64,000 bases of DNA. Source: Candidatus Azambacteria bacterium (GTDB taxonomy: Bacteria > Patescibacteriota > Minisyncoccia > UBA10092). The position numbers and the translations under genes are program-made. The notes under the pieces were generated by a model, which saw only the letters and a list, made by a program, of their open reading frames with translations, ran no database searches and was not told where the DNA came from. Shown one piece after another: positions 1 through 8,967 of the stretch (position 1 is its first letter; every line of letters begins with the position of its first letter). Location: NCBI GenBank assembly GCA_016213445.1, contig JACRAJ010000001.1, positions 78,203 through 142,202 of the forward strand, written 5' to 3'.

Positions 1-369
1 TCTTATGTAGGGAGTGGCTTCGCCCGATGTATAATTATAAAGTCCGGCGCCGGAATTGAATAAAAGAGGATTGCCGCCGTAAAGAGAAAGCGAAGTTGAA
101 TCATAAGCGGCTTGATAATCGCCATCGGCCAAGCCGCTATTCCAAGCCTTTCCCTGAAGCCAATTATTGTCCCTGATATTTCTCGCTATCTCAATGCCTT
201 CTCCCGTCAAATTAACCGCCACCAAACGATCTTGTATGTTGGAAACATAAAAAAATGAGGTTGCCATTAAATTCAGAGAGGCGACAAACGCCACCGCAAT
301 CAAGCCGACGGCCACTATGGTTTCAAGCAAGGTAAAACCGCCGCTATTTAATTGTTTCAAATTTTTCAT
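1..369 (-). CDS. type IV pilin-like protein (prepilin N-terminal methylation domain); 3' end cut by window edge
   Basis: Own translation from ATG at 369: MKNLKQLNSGGFTLLETIVAVGLIAVAF... The G|FTLLE class III signal is followed by a hydrophobic helix. ATGA overlap with the stop of the upstream ORF at 366. Confidence 0.7.
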   Translation of the reverse strand, partial: MKNLKQLNSGGFTLLETIVAVGLIAVAFVASLNLMATSFFYVSNIQDRLVAVNLTGEGIEIARNIRDNNWLQGKAWNSGLADGDYQAAYDSTSLSLYGGNPLLFNSGAGLYNYTSGEATPYIR

Positions 370-887
370 GGCGATGAAATATATCCGGTTTTATTAATGG
401 TAATCGCTCGCGTTGAAAAATCTTTGCCCATTAAAGTAATAATCGCCGTCGTCTGATCGGGAATGAAAGCAACCGACGGTTCCGGCGGAGAAAAAACAAT
501 ATCGGAAAGATTGCCGCTTAAAATGCCAATTTGAATGCCGGCGTTGAGATTCACAACTTCAAAATCTTCCGAACCGTCACCGGCTCTTTTAAAATCCCTG
601 TTAGAACAATCTTGAGATGGAGCCGAGTCGGCAAAAATAATATAATTTGTCGAACCAACGCCGTTAAAATGGATTCCCCAACCGCAGGGAACGCCGGCGG
701 TTTTAAAAACTTTTGAAGAAAGAGCGTAATTTTCAACCCTGCGCAAATCCAAAGACAAGTTTTGCGCCGATCTTAAAAGCGCCGAGCTTTGTCGCTCCGA
801 ACCGATATTAAAAACCACAACACCCGTAATAATAATGATAATCGACAAAGCCACCAGCATTTCAATAAGAGTAAACCCTTTATTCAT
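366..887 (-). CDS. minor pilin / pseudopilin (prepilin-type N-terminal cleavage/methylation domain)
   Basis: N-terminus MNKGFTLIEMLVALSIIIIITGVVV matches the G|FTLIE motif plus hydrophobic helix. Lies in the pilus operon. Confidence 0.75.
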   Translation of the reverse strand: MNKGFTLIEMLVALSIIIIITGVVVFNIGSERQSSALLRSAQNLSLDLRRVENYALSSKVFKTAGVPCGWGIHFNGVGSTNYIIFADSAPSQDCSNRDFKRAGDGSEDFEVVNLNAGIQIGILSGNLSDIVFSPPEPSVAFIPDQTTAIITLMGKDFSTRAITINKTGYISSP

Positions 888-890
888 ACT

Positions 891-1697
891 TTAAAAAATT
901 AATAAATCAATAAAATTTTGAAAGAAAAAAACGATCACAGCTCCCAAAACCAAAAAAGGAGCGAAAGCAATTTGACTTTTAAGGGTCTTTTTGCCGAATA
1001 GCATTAAAATTATACCAAAAACGGCGCCAATAATAAAAGCCAGCGTAAACGCGAAGAAAACCGAAAACGGCGGCAAAAATAAACCTATTAAAAATGCCAG
1101 CTTAACGTCGCCAAAGCCCATCGCATTGCCCTTGGAAAAATAATAAATCAGAAAGAAGAAAAGAAAAGCAATTACAGCGGCCAAAAGCGGATATATAAAT
1201 ATTTCCATTGTTTCATTTTGAAATTTAAAAGCGCTGAACGCATTATAAAAAAAAGAAACGGCAATCGCCGGATAAACCGCTTTATCCGGAATAATTTTCC
1301 ACTTAAAATCATAAACGGCGACAATTAAAAAAACAGACAGAATAAAAATTTCATAACCGGCATTTAAAAATTGAAAATTGAAAATTGATTGAAAATTGAG
1401 AATTGAAAATTGAGAATTGTTGAAATTTTGATAAAAGACCCCTGCCCAGATGAGGCCGGATAAAATTTCAACAATCGGGTATTGCCGGGAAATTTTTTTG
1501 CGGCAATAACGGCACCGGCCGCGAAGATAAATAAAACTTAAGAGCGGCACTAAATCATGCCACTTTAATTTGGTTTGGCATTTAGGGCAAGAAGACCCGC
1601 CAAAAATTACATTTTGACGGGTCTTCAAGCGATGGATCACGACATTCAAAAAACTCCCGAAAATGAGACCGAATAAAAAACTACTGAGCAACATCAT
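891..1697 (-). CDS. pilD: prepilin peptidase / N-methyltransferase (A24 family)
   Basis: Cys-rich CPKC...CRYC region, multi-TM profile and a GFGDVKL aspartyl-protease motif. Start placed at MMLLSSF (1697), because the longer ORF overlaps the pilin gene. Confidence 0.85.
   Translation of the reverse strand: MMLLSSFLFGLIFGSFLNVVIHRLKTRQNVIFGGSSCPKCQTKLKWHDLVPLLSFIYLRGRCRYCRKKISRQYPIVEILSGLIWAGVFYQNFNNSQFSILNFQSIFNFQFLNAGYEIFILSVFLIVAVYDFKWKIIPDKAVYPAIAVSFFYNAFSAFKFQNETMEIFIYPLLAAVIAFLFFFLIYYFSKGNAMGFGDVKLAFLIGLFLPPFSVFFAFTLAFIIGAVFGIILMLFGKKTLKSQIAFAPFLVLGAVIVFFFQNFIDLLIF
1366..1430. repeat. imperfect heptamer/14-mer tandem repeat (aaattga / aattgaaaattgag) inside pilD
   Basis: Read directly from the sequence: ttgaaaattgaaaattgattgaaaattgagaattgaaaattgagaattgttgaaatt. 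It encodes QNFNNSQFSILNFQSIFNFQFLN. Confidence 0.8.
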
Positions 1698-2244
1698 AAC
1701 AATACCTGCTGGCAACGCCGCCGCAACCGGCCGCATCCGCGCCGGTAAACCCGTTGGTGTAAGCGGCATTATAAGGACAACTTGATCCGGTGGTTGAATT
1801 ACAGTCCCTGTCTTGATTCAAAAGCGGACTGCTGCTGTCTTCCAAGCTGGCGCCGAGATGATATGACTGGGGACCTAAGGCGCCAGTGGGTGTATAACTG
1901 GCATACCAGTAGCAAAGATCGGAATTGGCAGTGCAGGAAGTTCCCGATGGAGCCAGAGGATCAAGCGGCCATACCGGTATTTGCCCGCCGGTGACTAAAG
2001 CGCCAAGATTGGCGGGATATGCTCCATTTTTGGCATAGTAATCTTCCATAGCCGTTTGGAGGTTTCGAACATCGCCTACTCTCTTAGTGTCTCTGGCTTT
2101 TCTTCTGGCGCTGGTTAAATTAACTACAATGATAGATGCTAAAAGGCCGATAATGCCGATAACCACCAAAAGTTCGAGAAGCGTAAAGCCGTTTTGCTTG
2201 TCCGCCGAAGCTTTAGCGCAGGCGGGATTGGATTTTTTAAACAT
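1681..2244 (-). CDS. type IV major pilin (PilA/PulG-like) with an unusually long leader
   Basis: MFKKSNPACAKASADKQNG|FTLLELLVVIGIIGLLASIIV followed by a Cys-containing C-terminal domain. Confidence 0.85.
   Translation of the reverse strand: MFKKSNPACAKASADKQNGFTLLELLVVIGIIGLLASIIVVNLTSARRKARDTKRVGDVRNLQTAMEDYYAKNGAYPANLGALVTGGQIPVWPLDPLAPSGTSCTANSDLCYWYASYTPTGALGPQSYHLGASLEDSSSPLLNQDRDCNSTTGSSCPYNAAYTNGFTGADAAGCGGVASRYCYDVAQ
2201..2226. repeat. GC-rich hairpin insert (subfamily B: cccgcc...ggcggg) in the pilin leader
   Basis: tccgccgaagctttagcgcaggcggg encodes PACAKASAD. It is near-identical in design to the topA copy at 41008-41033. Confidence 0.6.
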
Positions 2245-2315
2245 AAATTTATTTTTAACAATAATAATAAAATTTCGACCCTTTTAAATATTTAGATATT
2301 TAAATGTTTAAATAT

Positions 2316-3545
2316 TTAAAACGTGTTGACCAAATTATATATCGGAAGCAAAATCGCCGCAACCAGAATTCCCACGCCGACGCCCAAAACCACAATAAGA
2401 ATGGGCTCGATGAGATTTACCAAATTATCGAACGCTCTGTTAACTTCTTCGGTAAAAAATACCGCCACCTGTTTTAAAATCGTATCAAGCTTTCCGGTCT
2501 GCTCGCCAATATACACCATTTGGGTAACCATCGGCAGAATTTCCGGGTGGCGGGCAAAAACCGCGCTGATATTACTGCCTTTTCTCACCGCTTCATTGGC
2601 TTCAATGATAATCCGGCGATAAACCGCGTTGCCAACCACTTCGGCCGTTATTTCAAGCGATTGGGAAATGGCGATGCCGGCCGAAGAAAGAGTCGACAAT
2701 GTTTCCGAAAATCGCGCCAAATAAATTTTCTTCAGAAGGTCGCCGAAAATCGGCAAACGCAATTTTAAGCCGTCGTAGGCGTATCGCCATTCGAAAGATT
2801 TCCTGATTGCCGCGGCAATAAAATAAATGGCGATAAATAAAATAATAAACAAAAGCCATCCCCAGCTTTTCATAAAATTTGACGAGCCGATGAGCAACCG
2901 GGTAACGAAAGGCAGTTTTTGGCCGGATTCGGTTAAAATAGATGTTAGGCTGGGCACTACCCAAATCAACATCGCCGCGCCAACCATGATAAAAGTCGCC
3001 ACAATAAAAGCCGGATAAATCATCGCGCCTTTGACTTTGGAGTTTAAAAGATACTGGCGATTGATATACTCGGAAAGATAAGTCAAAGTTTCTTCCAACC
3101 GGCCGGAAATTTCTCCGGATCTTATCATTTGGATGAAAAAATTAGAAAAAACCTTGGGATATTTGGCAAGAGCCCTTGAAAAAATCATGCCGGCATCGAC
3201 ATCATCGGCAATACTGCCGATAATTTTGGAAAATTGAGGATTTTTAACCTGTTTTACCATAACTCGCAGCGATTGAACCAACGGCACTTTGGCTTGGATT
3301 AAAACCGCCAATTGTTTCGTAAAAAGAACAATTTCCTCTTGTTTAACCCTATTAAAAATCGCCAATAACCGGCCGACTAAAATGTCCAAAGCAAACTCTT
3401 TGGCCTCGCTGAAAGGTTTAATGTCCGTAATAATCAATCTCTGATTTTGCAAAATGGAAATAGCGGCTTCAATCGAAGGAGCATCAATAATGTTGGATTC
3501 AATTTTTCCCTCCTGGGTTCTGGCCGTATATTGAAATTTCGCCAT
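2316..3545 (-). CDS. pilC: type IV pilus platform protein (GspF/PilC family)
   Basis: 409 aa with duplicated T2SS-F-type cytoplasmic domains and 3 TM segments. Operon context supports the call. Confidence 0.9.
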   Translation of the reverse strand: MAKFQYTARTQEGKIESNIIDAPSIEAAISILQNQRLIITDIKPFSEAKEFALDILVGRLLAIFNRVKQEEIVLFTKQLAVLIQAKVPLVQSLRVMVKQVKNPQFSKIIGSIADDVDAGMIFSRALAKYPKVFSNFFIQMIRSGEISGRLEETLTYLSEYINRQYLLNSKVKGAMIYPAFIVATFIMVGAAMLIWVVPSLTSILTESGQKLPFVTRLLIGSSNFMKSWGWLLFIILFIAIYFIAAAIRKSFEWRYAYDGLKLRLPIFGDLLKKIYLARFSETLSTLSSAGIAISQSLEITAEVVGNAVYRRIIIEANEAVRKGSNISAVFARHPEILPMVTQMVYIGEQTGKLDTILKQVAVFFTEEVNRAFDNLVNLIEPILIVVLGVGVGILVAAILLPIYNLVNTF

Positions 3546-3579
3546 TTTAATTTTAACTGTTTTAGCGCTTGATAATTTA

Positions 3580-4641
3580 CTAAAGATTCGCCTGTAATTC
3601 TTTGGGATTTAATGAATAAGCCAGGGCTGTTTCCGGCGCCACTTCGCCGCGGCGAACTAATTCGGCCAAACTGCGATTTAAAGAAATCATGCCGCTTTCA
3701 AGGGACGTTTCAATCACCAGGTCGATTTGATGAGTTTTATCCTCGCGAATCAGGTTGGAAACCGCATTATTCGCAAACATTATTTCAGCAGCCGGAATGC
3801 GGCCTCCCCGCAAACGGGGCAAAAGCCGCTGTGAAATCACCGCCGAAATGGTGTTTGCCAATTGAAATCTGATTTGATTCTGCTGATTTGGGGGAAAAAC
3901 ATCAATAATCCGGTCAATCGTTTGGCTGGCGCTGTTGGTATGCAGCGAAGAAAACACCAAATGGCCGGTTTCGGCCGCCGTGAGAGCGGCGGCGATAGTT
4001 TCCGGATCGCGCATCTCGCCGATCATAATCACATTAGGATCTTCTCGAAGAATCGAACTTAACGCATTATAAAAGCTTTTGGTGTCATTGCCAACTTCCC
4101 TTTGATTAACCAGAGATTTGTCGCCGACAAATAAATATTCAATAGGATCTTCAATGGCAATGATATGTTCGGCCCTCGAATGGTTGATTTCGTCGACGAT
4201 CGCGGCCAGCGTCGTCGATTTGCCGTGCCCCGACGGCCCCGTTAACATTACAAATCCCTGTTCCAACTTGGAAAGCTTGTGAAGCGCCGTCGGCAAATTG
4301 AGTTCTTCCACAGTCCTGATATTCGGAAGAATTAATCTCAAGGCGCTGCTTACAAATCCTTTTTCAAAGAAAACATTTACGCGAAAACGAGCTTTATCTT
4401 TGAAGGTGTATGAAAAATCAATTTCCTTTCTTTCAATGAAATTTTCTTTTCTGTCCCCCAAAATCTGATAAGCTAATTCTTCGGCATGCTGGGGAGTTAA
4501 AATGGAAAAATCATCAAGCGGCAAAAGAATACCGTCGACTCTAACGGTCGGCTTATAGCCAACGCTTAAATGCAAATCCGAAGCGTTGAGCTTTAACGTG
4601 CTTAAAAACAAATCTTCTAATTCTTGTTGGATGGTTGGCAT
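3580..4641 (-). CDS. pilT: twitching-motility retraction ATPase
   Basis: 353 aa. Walker A GPSGHGKST, IEDPIEY and GEMRD motifs, and no N-terminal GspE-N domain. Confidence 0.9.
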   Translation of the reverse strand: MPTIQQELEDLFLSTLKLNASDLHLSVGYKPTVRVDGILLPLDDFSILTPQHAEELAYQILGDRKENFIERKEIDFSYTFKDKARFRVNVFFEKGFVSSALRLILPNIRTVEELNLPTALHKLSKLEQGFVMLTGPSGHGKSTTLAAIVDEINHSRAEHIIAIEDPIEYLFVGDKSLVNQREVGNDTKSFYNALSSILREDPNVIMIGEMRDPETIAAALTAAETGHLVFSSLHTNSASQTIDRIIDVFPPNQQNQIRFQLANTISAVISQRLLPRLRGGRIPAAEIMFANNAVSNLIREDKTHQIDLVIETSLESGMISLNRSLAELVRRGEVAPETALAYSLNPKELQANL

Positions 4642-4721
4642 ATTTTAAATTTAAAGTTTAAATATTAAAATATTAAAATGTGAAAATAAAGAATTTAAAT
4701 GCTAAATTTACTCTAAAAAAA

Positions 4722-6281
4722 TCATTCTTTCGCGTTGACGCTGACAACCTGTAGTAATTCTTCGAAACCGATTATGCCTTCCAAAACTTTGTTAATACCG
4801 TCTTGGAACATAGTTACCATCCCCTGCCTTTTGGATTCCCCCAAAATCTTGGATTCGCTGGGCTCCGTTATGATTATATCACTAAGTTGGGGGGTTATCT
4901 CTAAAATTTCAAAAACCGCAATTCTTCCCTTGGTGCCCTTGTTGCCGCACTTGGGACAGCCTTGGGCTTTAAAAATCTTAAAGCTTTCCTTTTTTATTTT
5001 CGGACGCGACTGCTCGGGCATTGTCTCAATAGCATCCATGATTATTTTTTTCACGCTCTCCGGCGGATCCGCTTCCGTTTTGCAATCCGGACACAATCTC
5101 TTGACCAAACGCTGCGCCAAAGCCACGTTGAGCGCCGACGGTAAAAGAAACGGCTCAACGCCCATATCTATTAAACGCGGAATGACGCCAATGGCGTTAT
5201 TGGTGTGAAGCGTTGATAAAACCAGGTGGCCGGTCAAAGCCGATTGAACCGCCAAGCCCGCGGTTTCCGAATCGCGCATTTCTCCGACAACGATAATATT
5301 GGGATCTTGGCGCAGAATTTGGCGAAGCCCGCTGGCAAAAGTGTATCCTAATTCCGGCCTGATCTGCGATTGGTTCACGCCATCGACATAATATTCAACC
5401 GGATCTTCCAAACTGACGATATTCACCGCATCGGTGTTTAAAATCTGCAAAATACCGTAAATGGTGGTTGATTTTCCCGAACCGGTGGGGCCGGTCATTA
5501 AAATCATGCCAAAAGGCTTTTTAATGCCCCGTTCTATAACTTCAAGATTGCGGCCGACAATTCCCAATTCCGGCAAAGTTTTTAAACCGATGGTCGGGTC
5601 TAAAATTCTCAAAGCCGCTTTCTCGCCCCGCGCCGTCGGCAAAACCGATATTCTCAAATCAACTTCTTTTTCCCCGACTTTGGCGGTAAAACGGCCGTCT
5701 TGAGGCCGCCGCGTTTCATCGATTTGCAGATTCGAAAGAATTTTGATGCGGGAAATAATGGCCGGAGTGATTTCCACCGGCAGAACCACAACCGTTTGAA
5801 GCGCGCCGTCAAGGCGAAAACGAACGCGAAGCTTTCTTAGCGTTGGTTCAATATGGATATCGGAAGCCCTGGATTCAATGCCGTGCTTTAAAATCGTTTC
5901 GACCATCCGAATTATCGGCGCCTCCTGTTCTCTTTTGCCTTTTAATACTTCGGGCGGACCCACTTTTTCTTGCGCCAATTCTTTTCTCAATCCTTCAAGC
6001 GCCTCGCTGACTTCCTCCCTTAATCCGGCATACTGCTCCATCAATTTAGACCATGTCTCCTCGCTAATTTTAAAAACCCGCGCCGCGAGGTTGTTGCGAG
6101 AAGCTAAAAAATTAATAGCTTCTTGAGCTTTGACATCGTCGGGATTTACCAAGCCGACGTCTAAAACATTGTCGGACAAGGCCAAGGGAATCATCTTATA
6201 ATGCCTGGCCGAATCTTCGGGGATTAAAACCAAAACATCAGGCGGAATTTTACTTTCTTGATTAATGGGCGAATTTGGCAT
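4722..6281 (-). CDS. pilB: type IV pilus assembly ATPase (GspE/PilB family)
   Basis: N-terminal T2SSE-N-like domain, Walker A GPTGSGKST, GEMRD, and a tetracysteine CPDC...CPKC. Confidence 0.9.
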   Translation of the reverse strand: MPNSPINQESKIPPDVLVLIPEDSARHYKMIPLALSDNVLDVGLVNPDDVKAQEAINFLASRNNLAARVFKISEETWSKLMEQYAGLREEVSEALEGLRKELAQEKVGPPEVLKGKREQEAPIIRMVETILKHGIESRASDIHIEPTLRKLRVRFRLDGALQTVVVLPVEITPAIISRIKILSNLQIDETRRPQDGRFTAKVGEKEVDLRISVLPTARGEKAALRILDPTIGLKTLPELGIVGRNLEVIERGIKKPFGMILMTGPTGSGKSTTIYGILQILNTDAVNIVSLEDPVEYYVDGVNQSQIRPELGYTFASGLRQILRQDPNIIVVGEMRDSETAGLAVQSALTGHLVLSTLHTNNAIGVIPRLIDMGVEPFLLPSALNVALAQRLVKRLCPDCKTEADPPESVKKIIMDAIETMPEQSRPKIKKESFKIFKAQGCPKCGNKGTKGRIAVFEILEITPQLSDIIITEPSESKILGESKRQGMVTMFQDGINKVLEGIIGFEELLQVVSVNAKE

Positions 6282-6365
6282 GGTAATGCTAAACTACAAA
6301 TTACATCCAAATGCCGCGAATAAATTCATAAAATACGAACATATCGGCAGATTTGGATTATTATT

Positions 6366-6707
6366 TTAATATGGAATAAACGGGTTTGTTCTTCCAAGCG
6401 AATCGGCAACAACCGGCAAGGCGCCGTACATTTTAAGCGATTTATAAAAAGCGCTGTCAAGAATTCCGAACTGAAGATCCGGAAGCCGGCTCACCCTGAC
6501 TTCCAAAGAATTTAAAGGCGGGGCGGATGAAAGAATCGGAGGCTGTAAAGACAAACTCACGCCTCTGTAAATGAAAAAATAACCCGCGGCGGCGATTAAT
6601 ATTATAAGGCTCGCAATAATCAAATAAAGCAAAAAAGACCTTTTCGGCCGCTCCGGAGCCTTAAAAGAACCGAAAGTGCCCGATGGCGGGCTGGGAATGG
6701 TAATCAT
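6366..6707 (-). CDS. small single-pass membrane protein of the pilMNO operon (PilP-like role is possible)
   Basis: One TM helix and a C-terminal GRTNPFIPY tail. Start abuts the pilO stop (shared base at 6707). Confidence 0.45.
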   Translation of the reverse strand: MITIPSPPSGTFGSFKAPERPKRSFLLYLIIASLIILIAAAGYFFIYRGVSLSLQPPILSSAPPLNSLEVRVSRLPDLQFGILDSAFYKSLKMYGALPVVADSLGRTNPFIPY

Positions 6708-7249
6708 TATTGATAATAAGTGTTTACTGATAAATTAAATTCCAAATTGTTGGGATTAACGTTAATTTCGCCCGGCCTGATGCCATTGAAAGAAATGGCG
6801 GCAACATCAAAAAGCCTTAAACTTTTTTCCAGGGCCTTCACGTAATTTTGAAAATTCGGATAGGAGCCTTTCAGTTTGATATCCATTTTTAAAACTTTTA
6901 TTTTGAGGCTCGTAGAATCTTGAGGCTTAAAATCAACGCCCGAAAAAATCAAACCGTTTTCCGAGGCCGCGGCTTCCAAATTCACCAAGAGTTCGGGAAT
7001 ATTTTGCCCCGCCGGAACGGCTTGACTAAAAGAAACAAAATCGCTTGCCCGTTCATTATATTGGCCGATTAAATGTCGTAAATTCGCCGCCAGCTTTTCC
7101 CGTTGCGCCAAATTTTCCGCGTTGGCTTTTTTAAGTTCAAGCGCGGATTGGATATTATTCCAAAGCGGCAATAAAATCCAAAAGATCGCGGCAATCGCGA
7201 CAAAAAATAAACCCAGCGGAACAACTATATATTTTAAAAGATTAGACAT
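6707..7249 (-). CDS. pilO: pilus assembly protein PilO-like
   Basis: N-terminal TM helix, coiled coil and a ferredoxin-like C-terminus. Sits after pilN. Confidence 0.65.
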   Translation of the reverse strand: MSNLLKYIVVPLGLFFVAIAAIFWILLPLWNNIQSALELKKANAENLAQREKLAANLRHLIGQYNERASDFVSFSQAVPAGQNIPELLVNLEAAASENGLIFSGVDFKPQDSTSLKIKVLKMDIKLKGSYPNFQNYVKALEKSLRLFDVAAISFNGIRPGEINVNPNNLEFNLSVNTYYQ

Positions 7250-7251
7250 TT

Positions 7252-7785
7252 TTAATATTTTTTTCCAATAAATAATTGGGGATCGACGCCCACCGAAAGT
7301 TCAAATTCCAAGCCGTTGGTGCTGAAATTTATCCCTTTAACCTCAACGCTTTTAACATTGGCATTCTCGCGCAAAGCCACCATTTGCTTGGCTAAAGTGG
7401 TGTAATTTTGAGCAATGCCTTTAAGCTGAATAAGATTGGTTTTTCGATCGGCGTCAAATTTGATGAAAGTTATCTTCTGGTGAGTGAGCATTCCGATTGT
7501 GTTCAAAACATCGGAAAAACGGCTGTGGTTCCCAACCAAACTGCTGAATACATTTAAAGAATCGCTTAAATGCGCCACAGTATTTTCATCGCTAACATTA
7601 ACCTTGGCGGCGCTGATTTTAATCTGATTATTAATATCAACGATATCCGCCTGAACTTTGGATAGATAAACTTTTAAAAATATAAAAATGGCAATGCTTA
7701 AAAAAATCAAAGTTACGGAAACCCAAAGAGGCCAACGCCAGGTTGGCAGAGAAATTTTTGGTTTTTGAGGAATAATTTCTACCAT
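7252..7785 (-). CDS. pilN: pilus assembly protein PilN-like
   Basis: Short cytoplasmic N-terminus, a TM helix and a periplasmic domain. Its start codon shares base 7785 with the pilM stop codon. Confidence 0.65.
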   Translation of the reverse strand: MVEIIPQKPKISLPTWRWPLWVSVTLIFLSIAIFIFLKVYLSKVQADIVDINNQIKISAAKVNVSDENTVAHLSDSLNVFSSLVGNHSRFSDVLNTIGMLTHQKITFIKFDADRKTNLIQLKGIAQNYTTLAKQMVALRENANVKSVEVKGINFSTNGLEFELSVGVDPQLFIGKKY

Positions 7786-8861
7786 TATTGTATCGCCTTT
7801 AATGCTAACCCGACGGCTATCGTAAGCTCATGGCCAACCTCATCAATCGCCGGTTTTAATTTTTCGGAATAAGCAACCCTGCCAAAAGGAGCGCCGACAA
7901 TCGCATCCATTTTTAAGCGGCCGCTTAAATACTCGCCAAAGCCCGGCATTTTCGAGGCGCCGCCGTAAATTATTATTTTTTCAATTTTTTTCTTGGTTTT
8001 TGAAAAATAAAGATCAATAATATTTTGAGAAGCGTTAATAATATCGTTCAAAAGCGGGGTAAGAACTTCGGTTATTTGTTTATTGCCATTCATAACCTTC
8101 AAACCGCTTTCCTTTTTAAGATCCTCGGCGCGGCGCCAGTCAATATTCAAACTACTGGCCAATGCCCGCGTTAAATCCTCGCCGGAAGCCGCAATCGAGT
8201 GGCTGATTCGCAAATGCCCGCCGTCAACCACGCTGATAGTCGTATCTCTCGCTCCCATATCAATCAAAACCGCGGGAACCGTGTCATTGCCAATCAAAGC
8301 GCGAGTGGCCGAAACTGTTTCGAGTTCGATATTTAAAAGTTTTAATTCGGCCTCCTTGGCAATAACTGAATATTCACTGATAAGATCTTTGGGAATGGCG
8401 ACTAGAATAACCGAGATTCCGCCGGCGCCATTTTCGCCGATCACAGACCAATCGATAACCACGCTTTCGAGCGGCACCGGAACGTATTTTTTAGCCTCAA
8501 ACTGGATGGCGTTGACTAATTCCGATTCCGACATCTGGGGCAGCTCGATTACCGTGAGAAAACTGGAAAAAATCGGAACCGACATGTTGCCCTCTCTGGC
8601 ACTTATTGATCCTTCTTTAAAAAGCCTCCTGATCATTATAGCGGCTTTGCCGTTAAAAACTTTAGCCGTCCGCTCGCCGCTATCCCCGGCTGAATTTCCC
8701 GCCATTAAATCGTAATCGGTCAGAATGGCGTAATTTTCCAGCTTTGGCCGGCCGTCTTCGGCGGAAAGCTCGACGATTTTAATTGATAAGGTGCCGATAT
8801 CAATCCCTAAATAACTTTTCGGCCTTGACCCGATGCCAAATATATTGAAAGGTGAAGCCAT
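7785..8861 (-). CDS. pilM: pilus assembly protein PilM (actin-like ATPase fold)
   Basis: 358 aa with LGIDIGTLSIKIVEL and DMGARDTTISV phosphate-binding motifs, FtsA/PilM-like. Confidence 0.85.
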   Translation of the reverse strand: MASPFNIFGIGSRPKSYLGIDIGTLSIKIVELSAEDGRPKLENYAILTDYDLMAGNSAGDSGERTAKVFNGKAAIMIRRLFKEGSISAREGNMSVPIFSSFLTVIELPQMSESELVNAIQFEAKKYVPVPLESVVIDWSVIGENGAGGISVILVAIPKDLISEYSVIAKEAELKLLNIELETVSATRALIGNDTVPAVLIDMGARDTTISVVDGGHLRISHSIAASGEDLTRALASSLNIDWRRAEDLKKESGLKVMNGNKQITEVLTPLLNDIINASQNIIDLYFSKTKKKIEKIIIYGGASKMPGFGEYLSGRLKMDAIVGAPFGRVAYSEKLKPAIDEVGHELTIAVGLALKAIQ

Positions 8862-8967
8862 AAATAAAATAAAAATTTACAAACCTTAAAGTTGATTTTA
8901 TTATATCATAAAAATCTATTGTCAATATAAAAATAGTTATCCCCAATATCAAGTAATAAAAATCTTT

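Noticed and set aside
8083-8715. 210-aa plus-strand ORF antisense to pilM. Similar long antisense ORFs occur at 33135-33758 (ftsZ), 58572-59324 (tyrS), 32254-32781 (comEC), 50355-50873 (polA) and 4735-5208 (pilB).
   Set aside because: Each lies entirely inside a well-supported conserved gene on the other strand, has a low-complexity or odd composition, and shows no recognisable motif. These are typical shadow ORFs.
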